From Candidatus Cloacimonadales bacterium (GTDB lineage Bacteria > Cloacimonadota > Cloacimonadia > Cloacimonadales > JAFGVF01), in contig CAXXOU010000004.1 in the NCBI GenBank assembly GCA_963677495.2, forward strand, positions 960,001 through 1,024,000: a stretch of DNA of 64,000 bases, in the 5' to 3' direction. Shown here in pieces: positions 10,395-18,507 of this stretch (the first letter of the stretch is position 1; each line of letters starts with the position of its first letter). Made by a program: the position numbers and the translations under genes. Below the pieces are notes generated by a model. That model searched no databases. It worked only from the letters and a program-made list of their open reading frames with translations, and was not told the DNA's origin.

Positions 10395-11072
10395 CTATCC
10401 TTTTGAAGCTTCTTTGTACAAGAACTGATATCCAATTGAAATACCAATTGAACATGGGCACCATCTCGCGTTGAAGTTACTACTTAAAGCATCATGTGCA
10501 AAGACTGAGTATACTTCAAAAAGAGCGTTCTTTGCACTTGCCATAAACCCAACTTTTATTCCAACAGTAGATGTGAAGTCAGATAGCTCAGGAGCTAGTT
10601 CATCATTTTTACTTGGAGAGAAGTTAATCGGCACACTGAACAAAGGCTCAAGAAATAGATAATAATCATTCTTTTTAACCTTTTTTACAGGTACTATTAG
10701 ATTTACACCATACTCAATGTTTGTGAGTTTATCGTCTTGGGACATTAAGACTTTATATAATCCTGATTCGATGTCTTCGTCGTCTGCACGACATGAGTTG
10801 GAAAACCTGAATGACCTGAGAGTAATCTCCGGAGCAATTACTATTTGCGAACGTATATCAAATGCTTTAGCGATAGAGAATGAATAATCTCCGGTTGTTA
10901 GCGAGTTTTCATATTCATTAGTGGTAAAGAAAGTTGTTGTATAATATGAATCAGTGTCTTGCACATAAAGCCCTAAACCTGCTTTAAAGAGTATGCCATT
11001 TAGTGCTAATGAAGGTATGCAGATAGTTAAGAAACAGATTACAAGAATCAATTTACTAATCAGTTTGTTCAT
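10395..11072 (-). CDS. Putative outer-membrane beta-barrel protein (paralog 2 of 3)
   Basis: Signal peptide; TDSYYT...SCRADDEDIESGLYK...IGYQF shared with 11104-11766. Confidence 0.65.
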   Translation of the reverse strand: MNKLISKLILVICFLTICIPSLALNGILFKAGLGLYVQDTDSYYTTTFFTTNEYENSLTTGDYSFSIAKAFDIRSQIVIAPEITLRSFRFSNSCRADDEDIESGLYKVLMSQDDKLTNIEYGVNLIVPVKKVKKNDYYLFLEPLFSVPINFSPSKNDELAPELSDFTSTVGIKVGFMASAKNALFEVYSVFAHDALSSNFNARWCPCSIGISIGYQFLYKEASKG

Positions 11073-11103
11073 TTACTTATACCATTACTTATAGAATTAT
11101 GAA

Positions 11104-11766
11104 TCAATCTTGGAACTGGTATCCAATCATTACTCCGAAAGAGTTGGGAGAGTACTCAGCATTGAAATCATCTTTCAATATGTTCGAGGTGAGTGTTGTA
11201 TATAATTCAAAAACTGCATGTTTTGTGATAGCCATTACAGATACTCTTCCTCCTACTGCCGGTTGCAAATCAGATATTTCAGGTGATAGGTAATCATTCT
11301 TTTCAGCAACATACTTAACCGGGATGGACAATAAAGGTCCAAAGCTCATACAATAATGAGTATTGGCCATTGTTACAACTGGGAAAACAGTATTTCCGGC
11401 AAGCTCTATCAATGAGATATTATCGTGTTTTCTTACTAGGAGTTTATACTTACCGGATTCTAAATCTTCATCATCAGCTTTGCACGAAGTGTTGAAACGT
11501 ATAGATCTATAAGTCAGTTCCGGCGCAAACAGTGCTTTCTTATAGAAAGGGAAACTTGCTGACACTGCCACAGAATAATCAAAGTTGCCTAAAGTGTTTT
11601 CACTTTCAAAAGTACTGAATATAAAATGATCAGTGTAATAGGAATCTGTGTGTTGAAAGAATAATCCAACCCCACCTTTTAGGATTAGATTATCAAATGC
11701 AACTAAAGGAGTAATAACTACAAGAAAACCAACAATAACAAAGAATCTCATTTGTAAATATTTCAT
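11104..11766 (-). CDS. Putative outer-membrane beta-barrel protein (paralog 1 of 3)
   Basis: Signal peptide; TDSYYT...SCKADDEDLESGKYK; C-terminal IGYQF. Confidence 0.65.
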   Translation of the reverse strand: MKYLQMRFFVIVGFLVVITPLVAFDNLILKGGVGLFFQHTDSYYTDHFIFSTFESENTLGNFDYSVAVSASFPFYKKALFAPELTYRSIRFNTSCKADDEDLESGKYKLLVRKHDNISLIELAGNTVFPVVTMANTHYCMSFGPLLSIPVKYVAEKNDYLSPEISDLQPAVGGRVSVMAITKHAVFELYTTLTSNILKDDFNAEYSPNSFGVMIGYQFQD

Positions 11767-11997
11767 GATGCAACGGTAATAGATATATTTTTACTCGTCA
11801 ATATTTTTTTATTTGAAATCACCTTCATAATTTAAATATCGCAAGTAGTTTTAATATCAAACTGTCAATATAAAAATGGTTGTCCTCGATGCGATAATCA
11901 GAGCGTGATTAGTAGCTATTCAGTATCAAGGACAACCAGAGAGAGGGTTAGTATATTCAATATGACATACCTTTCAGGAAATCCCTTCACATTAAAT

Positions 11998-12030
11998 AAA
12001 AAAAAGGGAAGGTTGTTTCCAACCTTCCCT
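11998..12030 (-). terminator. Intrinsic terminator of the PFOR gene
   Basis: AGGGAAGGTTG-tttc-CAACCTTCCCT with a long U tract on the minus strand. Confidence 0.85.
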
Positions 12031-12047
12031 GAATTTATCTAACTGAA

Positions 12048-15000
12048 TTAGTCAGCTAATTTCTTGTATTGTACATATCTGTCTTCAAGGAACTTCTTAA
12101 GTTCAGCATGATACTGTTCATACTTCTCCGGGAAGTTTCTCTTAAGAGATGTGTATCTCTTTTCGCTATCGATGAACTCAAGTGGATCAGCCTTAGGTTC
12201 TCTTGAATCAAGAACGAATGGGTTTTTGCCTTCTTCTTTGAGTCTTGGGTCGTATCTGTAGTTAATCCAATAACCACACTCAACAACAGCTTTTTCAGCT
12301 TTCTGACTGTTACCCATATCGATACCGTGGTTGATACATGGAGCATAAGCAAGGATGATTGAAGGTCCCGGATAAGCTTCAGCTTCCTGGATAGCTTTAA
12401 GAGCTTGAGCCTTATTGGCACCCATTGAGATTGAAGCAACGTATACATAACCATAGCTCATCATCATCATACCAAGGTCTTTCTTAACTGTTGGTTTTCC
12501 TGACTCAGCAAACTTAGCAACTGAACCAAGAGGAGTAGCTTTAGAAGCCTGTCCACCAGTGTTAGAATAAACCTCTGTATCCATAACAAGGATGTTAACA
12601 TTCTTGTTAGATGCCATAACGTGATCAAGTCCACCGTAACCGATGTCATAAGCCCAACCGTCACCACCGAAGCACCAAACACTCTTGTCTACAAGGTAGC
12701 TTTGAAGTTCGATACATTTGCGTACGATAGGTTCAGTAGTAGCATCTGCTTTTTCAAGAAGCTTAGGAAGAAGTCTTTGGATCTCAGCAGCATCTGCTTT
12801 AGCCTGCTCATCAACAGCATCCCAATTATCAAGTCTTCTATTGAATACTTCAATGCAACTGTCGCATGTAAGAAGTGCAGTAGCTTTTTCAAGACTAGCT
12901 CTAAGAAGTTTTCTATTAGAATCAACAGCTAAGCGGAAACCGAATCCGTATTCTGCATTATCTTCAAACAGTGAGTTAGCCCATGTAGGACCATGACCAT
13001 TTTTATTCTTACAGTAAGGGATTGTTGGGAAAGTACCACCCCAGATTGATGAACAACCTGTAGCGTTAGCAACAATCATTCTGTCACCGAAGAGCTGAGT
13101 AAGAAGTTTAACATAAGGAGTTTCACCACAACCTGCACATGCGCCTGAGAACTCAAGCAATGGCTGTTTGAACTGTGAAGTCTTAATGTTGATGTTCTTC
13201 ATTTTACCAAGTACATCAGTTGGTAAAGTCTCGAAGAATTCGTAGTTAGCCTGTTCACCGGCAACTCTTTCTTCTTCGATAGGTTTCATTTCTAGAGCAG
13301 CTTTCGGACATTCGTTTACACAAACACGGCAACCCTGACAGTCATCAATATAAACTTGAAGTTTATACTGAAGATCAGTTTCACCCATAGCATTAAGAGT
13401 GTTGAATGTTTCAGGAGCGCCGTTCATATCATCATTAGCAATAAGTTTAGGTCTGATTGCAGCGTGAGGGCAAACTACTGAACACTGGTTACATTGGATA
13501 CATTTTTCAGCAATCCAATGTGGTACGAATGGTGCAACACCACGTTTCTCAAGTTTAGTTGTAGCAGAAGGTACGAAACCATCATAAGGCATTTCTGAAA
13601 CCTTGATGTCATCACCTTTTTCTCTCATAATAGGTTCGATAACTGTTTTTGTGAACTCATCAGCATCGTCAGCAACAAGTTTCTTCATTGCAACGAACTC
13701 AGAACCCATATCAGCAGGAATCTTAATTTCTACAAGAGCAGCTTCAGTTTTATCAACAGCTTCGATGTTCATCTTAACAATCTCGTCACCTTTCTTTGAG
13801 TATGACTTGATAATAGCGTTTTTGATGAGCTCGATAGCTTTATCTTTAGCAAGAACACCGGAGATAATGAAGAAAGCAGCCTGCATTACAGTATTAATTC
13901 TTCCACCAAGTCCAACACCTTCAGCGATTTCAAGAGCATTGATGTTGTAGAATTTAACTTTCTTTTCAACGATTGTTTTCTGCATATCTTCTGTAAGGTT
14001 AGCAAAGATCTCTTCCTGAGTCCAATGTGAGTTAAGAAGGAATACACCACCCTCTTTAATCCCTTCAAGAAGGTCATAACGACCGATGAAAGCAGGATTA
14101 TGTACAGCGATGAAGTCAGCGTTCTGGATAAGATACTGAGAACGGATAGGAGTGTCACCGAATCTTAAGTGACTACGTGTGATACCACCAGATTTCTTTG
14201 AATCGTACTGGAAGTAACCCTGAGCATATTTGTCAGTGTTGTCACCAATGATTTTGATACTGTTTTTATTAGCACCAACAGTACCGTCTGATCCAAGACC
14301 CCAGAACTTACAACTGATAGTTCCTTGAGGAATAGTGTTGATTTTTTCTGTAACAGGAAGTGAAAGGTTAGACACGTCATCTTCGATACCAACAGTGAAA
14401 CCATGGAAACCATCGTTATCAAGGTGGTTATAAACAGCTTTAACCATTGAAGGTGTAAACTCTTTTGATGAGAGACCATAACGTCCACCGATAATTGTGT
14501 AATCTTTACCTTTAAGAGCTGCAACTACGTCAATATATAAAGGCTCGCCAATTGAACCCGGTTCTTTAGTTCTATCAAGAACAGCTATTTTCTTCACTGA
14601 TTCTGGAATAGCATTAACGAAAGCATCGATTGAGAATGGTCTGTATAAACGAACTTTTAAGAGTCCGTATTTTGAACCGTTTGCATTAAGGTATTCAATT
14701 GTTTCATCAATAGTTTCACAACCGGAACCCATAGCAATGATAATTGATTCAGCATCTGGAGCACCCACATAATCAAAGAGATGGTAGTTACGACCAATCT
14801 TTGTTGCAAGTTCATCCATGTAAGCTTGAACCTGAGCAGGAGCAGCTACATAAGTATTGTTAGTTGTCTCACGACCCTGGAAATAAACATCAGGATTCTG
14901 AGCACCAACTTTTACACGTGGGTTTTCAGGATTAAGTGCACGAGCTCTGAAGTTTTCTACATGCTTCATATCAAGCATAGAACCAAGTGTATCATAATCG

Positions 15001-15560
15001 ATAACTTCAGCTTTCTGAATTTCGTTAGAAGTTCTGAAACCATCAAAGAACACGAGGAATGGAATTTCTGTTTTAAGTGTTGCAAGGTTTGCAACAACAG
15101 AAAGGTCCATAACTTCCTGAACTGAGTTACATGCGATCATCGCATAACCTGTGTTTCTTGCTGACATCACGTCTGAGTGGTCACCAAAGATTGAAAGAGA
15201 TTGTGCAGCTAAAGAACGAGCTGAAACGTAGAATACAGTTGGAAGCATTTCACCTGCAATCTTATGCATGTTTGGAAGCATAAGCATAAGCCCTTGTGAA
15301 GCAGTAAATGTACTTGTTAATGCACCGGCTGATAATGAACCGTGTACAGCACCTGCAGCACCGGCTTCTGATTGCATCTCTACAACATCAACCTGTGTTC
15401 CGAAGATATTCTTTAAACCATTAGCAGACCAAGCATCAGCGAGTTCTCCCATGGTTGAAGATGGAGTAATGGGGTAAATAGCAGCAACATCACTAAACGC
15501 ATACGCGATGTGAGCAGCGGCCATGTTTCCTTCCATTGTCTGTTTCTTGAATTGTGCCAT
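12048..15560 (-). CDS. nifJ: Pyruvate:ferredoxin (flavodoxin) oxidoreductase
   Basis: YPITPS, SEAGAAG, two CxxCxxCxxxCP motifs, SGACAGCGE, GGDGWAYDIG; ATG at 15560 best spaced from AAAAGGAG. Confidence 0.95.
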   Translation of the reverse strand: MAQFKKQTMEGNMAAAHIAYAFSDVAAIYPITPSSTMGELADAWSANGLKNIFGTQVDVVEMQSEAGAAGAVHGSLSAGALTSTFTASQGLMLMLPNMHKIAGEMLPTVFYVSARSLAAQSLSIFGDHSDVMSARNTGYAMIACNSVQEVMDLSVVANLATLKTEIPFLVFFDGFRTSNEIQKAEVIDYDTLGSMLDMKHVENFRARALNPENPRVKVGAQNPDVYFQGRETTNNTYVAAPAQVQAYMDELATKIGRNYHLFDYVGAPDAESIIIAMGSGCETIDETIEYLNANGSKYGLLKVRLYRPFSIDAFVNAIPESVKKIAVLDRTKEPGSIGEPLYIDVVAALKGKDYTIIGGRYGLSSKEFTPSMVKAVYNHLDNDGFHGFTVGIEDDVSNLSLPVTEKINTIPQGTISCKFWGLGSDGTVGANKNSIKIIGDNTDKYAQGYFQYDSKKSGGITRSHLRFGDTPIRSQYLIQNADFIAVHNPAFIGRYDLLEGIKEGGVFLLNSHWTQEEIFANLTEDMQKTIVEKKVKFYNINALEIAEGVGLGGRINTVMQAAFFIISGVLAKDKAIELIKNAIIKSYSKKGDEIVKMNIEAVDKTEAALVEIKIPADMGSEFVAMKKLVADDADEFTKTVIEPIMREKGDDIKVSEMPYDGFVPSATTKLEKRGVAPFVPHWIAEKCIQCNQCSVVCPHAAIRPKLIANDDMNGAPETFNTLNAMGETDLQYKLQVYIDDCQGCRVCVNECPKAALEMKPIEEERVAGEQANYEFFETLPTDVLGKMKNINIKTSQFKQPLLEFSGACAGCGETPYVKLLTQLFGDRMIVANATGCSSIWGGTFPTIPYCKNKNGHGPTWANSLFEDNAEYGFGFRLAVDSNRKLLRASLEKATALLTCDSCIEVFNRRLDNWDAVDEQAKADAAEIQRLLPKLLEKADATTEPIVRKCIELQSYLVDKSVWCFGGDGWAYDIGYGGLDHVMASNKNVNILVMDTEVYSNTGGQASKATPLGSVAKFAESGKPTVKKDLGMMMMSYGYVYVASISMGANKAQALKAIQEAEAYPGPSIILAYAPCINHGIDMGNSQKAEKAVVECGYWINYRYDPRLKEEGKNPFVLDSREPKADPLEFIDSEKRYTSLKRNFPEKYEQYHAELKKFLEDRYVQYKKLAD

Positions 15561-15653
15561 TCTCATCTCCTTTTCGAGTTTTATTTGTTGTTTATATATA
15601 TCAAAAAATCTTCCATACTTTCGTTTATGACAGCGAAATTATAAACCGTAAAG

Positions 15654-15693
15654 TGTCAATTATTTTCCGTGTTTTCTGTGATGATTTTCACAA
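15654..15693 (-). promoter_or_regulatory. TGTGA-N6-TCACA palindrome (CRP/Fnr-family or Rex-type operator) upstream of the PFOR TTGACA box
   Basis: TGTGAtgatttTCACA at 15677-15692; TTGACA on minus strand at 15659-15654. Confidence 0.6.
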
Positions 15694-15900
15694 TAATCTT
15701 AACAATTATCTTTAACACTTAAGCAACAATCCTATAAAATACTATATGTCATCTTGTTATCAGGTTTTGAAAAGTCATTAAATGGCTATCAATCAACTAT
15801 GAATTTGTTTTTCACTATAGCTTCTGCTTAAATCTTATTCTAACTTCAATCATAAAGATACCATCATATGCTTGTTCATTGTTCTCCCAATCTAAACTAT

Positions 15901-16480
15901 CTAACAAAACCGTGTTATCCCACTGTTTTCCCACTGTGCACGCACTGTGCACCCAGTGAAACAGTGGGTTGGCAGTGCCTTCACAGTGGGGACACAGTGC
16001 AAACACAGTGCGTTGATAGAATGTGCAGTAAAAGAGAGCTAAAAGGACAATAAACGCGGCTAAGTTATTGTAAATGGCACTGTGTATATCTCTTTCGGAC
16101 TTGCTCCGCAGCGAAGCGTGGGGCGAGAACGAAAACTTAGGAAAAGAGACTTCGAAGTACATTTCAGGAAGTCCGTTGCTTTATCAGGCCGACAAACTCC
16201 CTGAAATGCCGTAAGTTGTTGCAAATCGCGCTGTGTATGTATTCGGATATTGTTGCAATAGTGACCAAAGGGAGATAGGTGAATAGTGAAAAGTAGCAAT
16301 AATCCAATTCGTGACAAGACGCACCAACGCAGATGGTGCACTCCATAGTTGTAAGTTATTGCAAATCGCACTGCAAATGTCATCCTGAGTGGAATGAACG
16401 TAATGAAAAGAAGTGAATGAAGTCGATGGGTCGCTCGGATGGCTTTAGTGGATTTATGATAGAGTATTGACTTATCTTTT
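15901..16480. repeat. Modular non-coding mosaic, copy 1 (order A-B-C-D), with 11-bp-phased array at 15910-16010 and linkers at 16061, 16212, 16352
   Basis: Block-wise inverted similarity to 40770-41405; linker TAAGTTRTTGYAAATSGCRCTG x3. Confidence 0.9.
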
Positions 16481-16645
16481 TATGTTTTCCTATCGGAAAA
16501 TTGCTCTTCTTTAGTTGGGAGACTAAAGTTATCGGAGAGGTACTTCGACTGCGTTCGCAAAACTCACTTCGCTCAGTATGACGTGTTGGTACTCGGATTT
16601 GCATCAGCAAATCCCTTAACATTGTCACCCTGAGGGGAATGAAGG
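16378..16645. repeat. GTCATCCTGAG...CTTCGCTCAG(G/T)ATGAC-type palindromic repeats
   Basis: TGTCATCCTGAG at 16378 can pair with CTCAGTATGAC near 16572-16582; TGTCACCCTGAG at 16623; related ends at 40610 and 40857-40872. Confidence 0.6.
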
Positions 16646-16740
16646 CAGTTAAACGAATAGAAGTTGTTTATATATTGTTTGACAATATAATGCCCTAAAT
16701 TGTCTTGGAATATAAAATAAGATTTAGAATGAGGAAATTG

Positions 16741-17736
16741 ATGAAGCGTAAAGAAGTCGTATCTTTAGTACTTTTGATACTAGTGTTGGGTTTAGGGTTT
16801 TGGCAATATAAGAACAGGAAATATACAGATAAACGCAGTAGAATTATGTTAGATACTATCGTTGAGATATCAGTATCATCTCAACACAAAGATATTCTCC
16901 CGATAATTGAGAAAGGTTTTACGTTAGTTGAGCATTATGAGCAGAAGTTCAGTGAATATAGAGATAGTTCTCTAGTTTGGACTATTAATCATTCAAACGG
17001 CCATCCTGTAGATATAGATGCAGAAACTTATGAACTTCTTAAATACGCAGAACAGCTTTATAAAGATACGGATGGTGCTTTTGATGTGACAGTCGGTACA
17101 GTTGTGAATGCATGGGATTTTGATAATAAAAAAGTTCCTACAGAGACAGAACTGGCAGAAGCACTTAAGTACGTTGGCTTCGATAAGATTAAATATAATG
17201 AAAAAGAGATAATCGTACCTGCAGGAACAAAGTTAACATTTGGAGCCATAGCTAAAGGTTACATTTTAGATAGAGTTGCTGAAGAACTTGCTAAAGAGGA
17301 TATAGTTTGTGGATATATCACAACTAGAAGTAGCTATAGATCTTTTGGTGCTGAAAGACGTATTCAAAGGGTCGGTATCCAGCATCCAAGAAAGTTGAAT
17401 GAACTTGTTTCTATATTGAAACTAAAAGAGCAAGCGATTGGAACTTCCGGGGATTATCAAAGATATTTTGAGATTGATGATGTACGTTATCATCATATAT
17501 TGAATGCAAAAACCGGTAAACCTGTAAGAGATGTATTCTCGGTTACAGTAATAGCTGGAAATGCCTTTATCGCTGATGGATTGTCTACAGCTGTGTTTGT
17601 TATGGAACCTCAGAAAGCAATTGATTACATAAAATCAGTTGATAACTGTGAAGCAGTGATTTATCATCAGGATGGGGAAGAGATTATAGCTCTAAAAACT
17701 CTAGGAATGAAAGACTTATTAGAAGATGAAAAATAA
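16741..17736 (+). CDS. apbE: FAD:protein FMN transferase
   Basis: GAFDVTVG, GAIAKGY, GTSGDYQR, YHHILN, ADGLSTA motifs. Confidence 0.9.
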   Translation: MKRKEVVSLVLLILVLGLGFWQYKNRKYTDKRSRIMLDTIVEISVSSQHKDILPIIEKGFTLVEHYEQKFSEYRDSSLVWTINHSNGHPVDIDAETYELLKYAEQLYKDTDGAFDVTVGTVVNAWDFDNKKVPTETELAEALKYVGFDKIKYNEKEIIVPAGTKLTFGAIAKGYILDRVAEELAKEDIVCGYITTRSSYRSFGAERRIQRVGIQHPRKLNELVSILKLKEQAIGTSGDYQRYFEIDDVRYHHILNAKTGKPVRDVFSVTVIAGNAFIADGLSTAVFVMEPQKAIDYIKSVDNCEAVIYHQDGEEIIALKTLGMKDLLEDEK

Positions 17737-18502
17737 ACAAGATATCCAAAGTTTGCCTGATGAACGTAATGTTCATATTGATAAGGTCGGAGTTAAGGAT
17801 GTTAAGTATCCAATTATTGTAGATGATAAAATAAATGGAACACAGCAAACAATAGCTGACTTAGATATATATGTGCAACTTCCTCATCATCATAGAGGAA
17901 CACATATGTCACGTTTTCTGGAAGTCTTGAATGAATTCCACAAAGACTCATTAGTAGATAAGCTTCCTGAGTTTCTTGTAGAGATAAAGAAAAGACTTAA
18001 TGCTGAAGCTTCTTTTGTAAATGTACGCTTCCCGTATTTCGTTAGAAAGACTGCCCCTGTTTCAGGTATCAGTTCCTTACTAGACTATTCCTGTTTCTTT
18101 GAAGCAAGTCATAAAGATAAGTATGAGTTGATACTTGGAGTTGTTGTCCCAGTAACCTCATTATGCCCATGTTCAAAAGAGATTAGTGAGTATGGTGCAC
18201 ATAACCAACGCTCTCACATTACTATTAAGGTGAAGTTTGAAGAGTTTGTTTGGCTTGAGGACCTCATTACTATAGCAGAGGAGACAGCCAGTTGTGAAGT
18301 CTACCCACTTCTGAAACGAGTAGATGAGAAGTATGTTACTGAAAAAGCATATGACAATCCACGTTTTGTGGAAGATATAGTTAGAGAAGTCGCTGTGAGA
18401 CTTAGAGCGGATAAGCGTGTAACCGGGTTCAGAGTGGAATCAGAGAACTTTGAATCTATCCATAACCATAGCGCTTACGCATTTGTTGAGGAGAATTTTT
18501 AA
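17726..18502 (+). CDS. folE2: GTP cyclohydrolase IB
   Basis: RGTHMSRF, TSLCPCSK, AHNQRS, ESIHNHSAYA. Confidence 0.95.
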   Translation: MKNKQDIQSLPDERNVHIDKVGVKDVKYPIIVDDKINGTQQTIADLDIYVQLPHHHRGTHMSRFLEVLNEFHKDSLVDKLPEFLVEIKKRLNAEASFVNVRFPYFVRKTAPVSGISSLLDYSCFFEASHKDKYELILGVVVPVTSLCPCSKEISEYGAHNQRSHITIKVKFEEFVWLEDLITIAEETASCEVYPLLKRVDEKYVTEKAYDNPRFVEDIVREVAVRLRADKRVTGFRVESENFESIHNHSAYAFVEENF

Positions 18503-18507
18503 AACTA

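Noticed and set aside
9772..11766. Diversity-generating retroelement acting on the paralogs
   Set aside because: No reverse transcriptase and no near-identical template/variable repeat pair with adenine-specific differences
12056..15477. Many 60-150 aa ORFs overlapping PFOR and other long genes
   Set aside because: Antisense or alternate-frame shadows of well-supported genes
16061..16373. Three ~22-bp direct repeats as a CRISPR array
   Set aside because: Intervening segments are about 120-130 bp, structured and reused elsewhere; repeats are degenerate; no cas genes in the window
15901..16480. Integron attC cassette array
   Set aside because: Linkers lack paired RYYYAAC/GTTRRRY ends, cassettes carry no credible ORFs, and no integrase is present
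15815..16628. Short ORFs here and at 40599-41314 sharing peptides such as RPTLRCGASPK
   Set aside because: Similarity comes from repeated non-coding DNA; frames and stops are not conserved between copies
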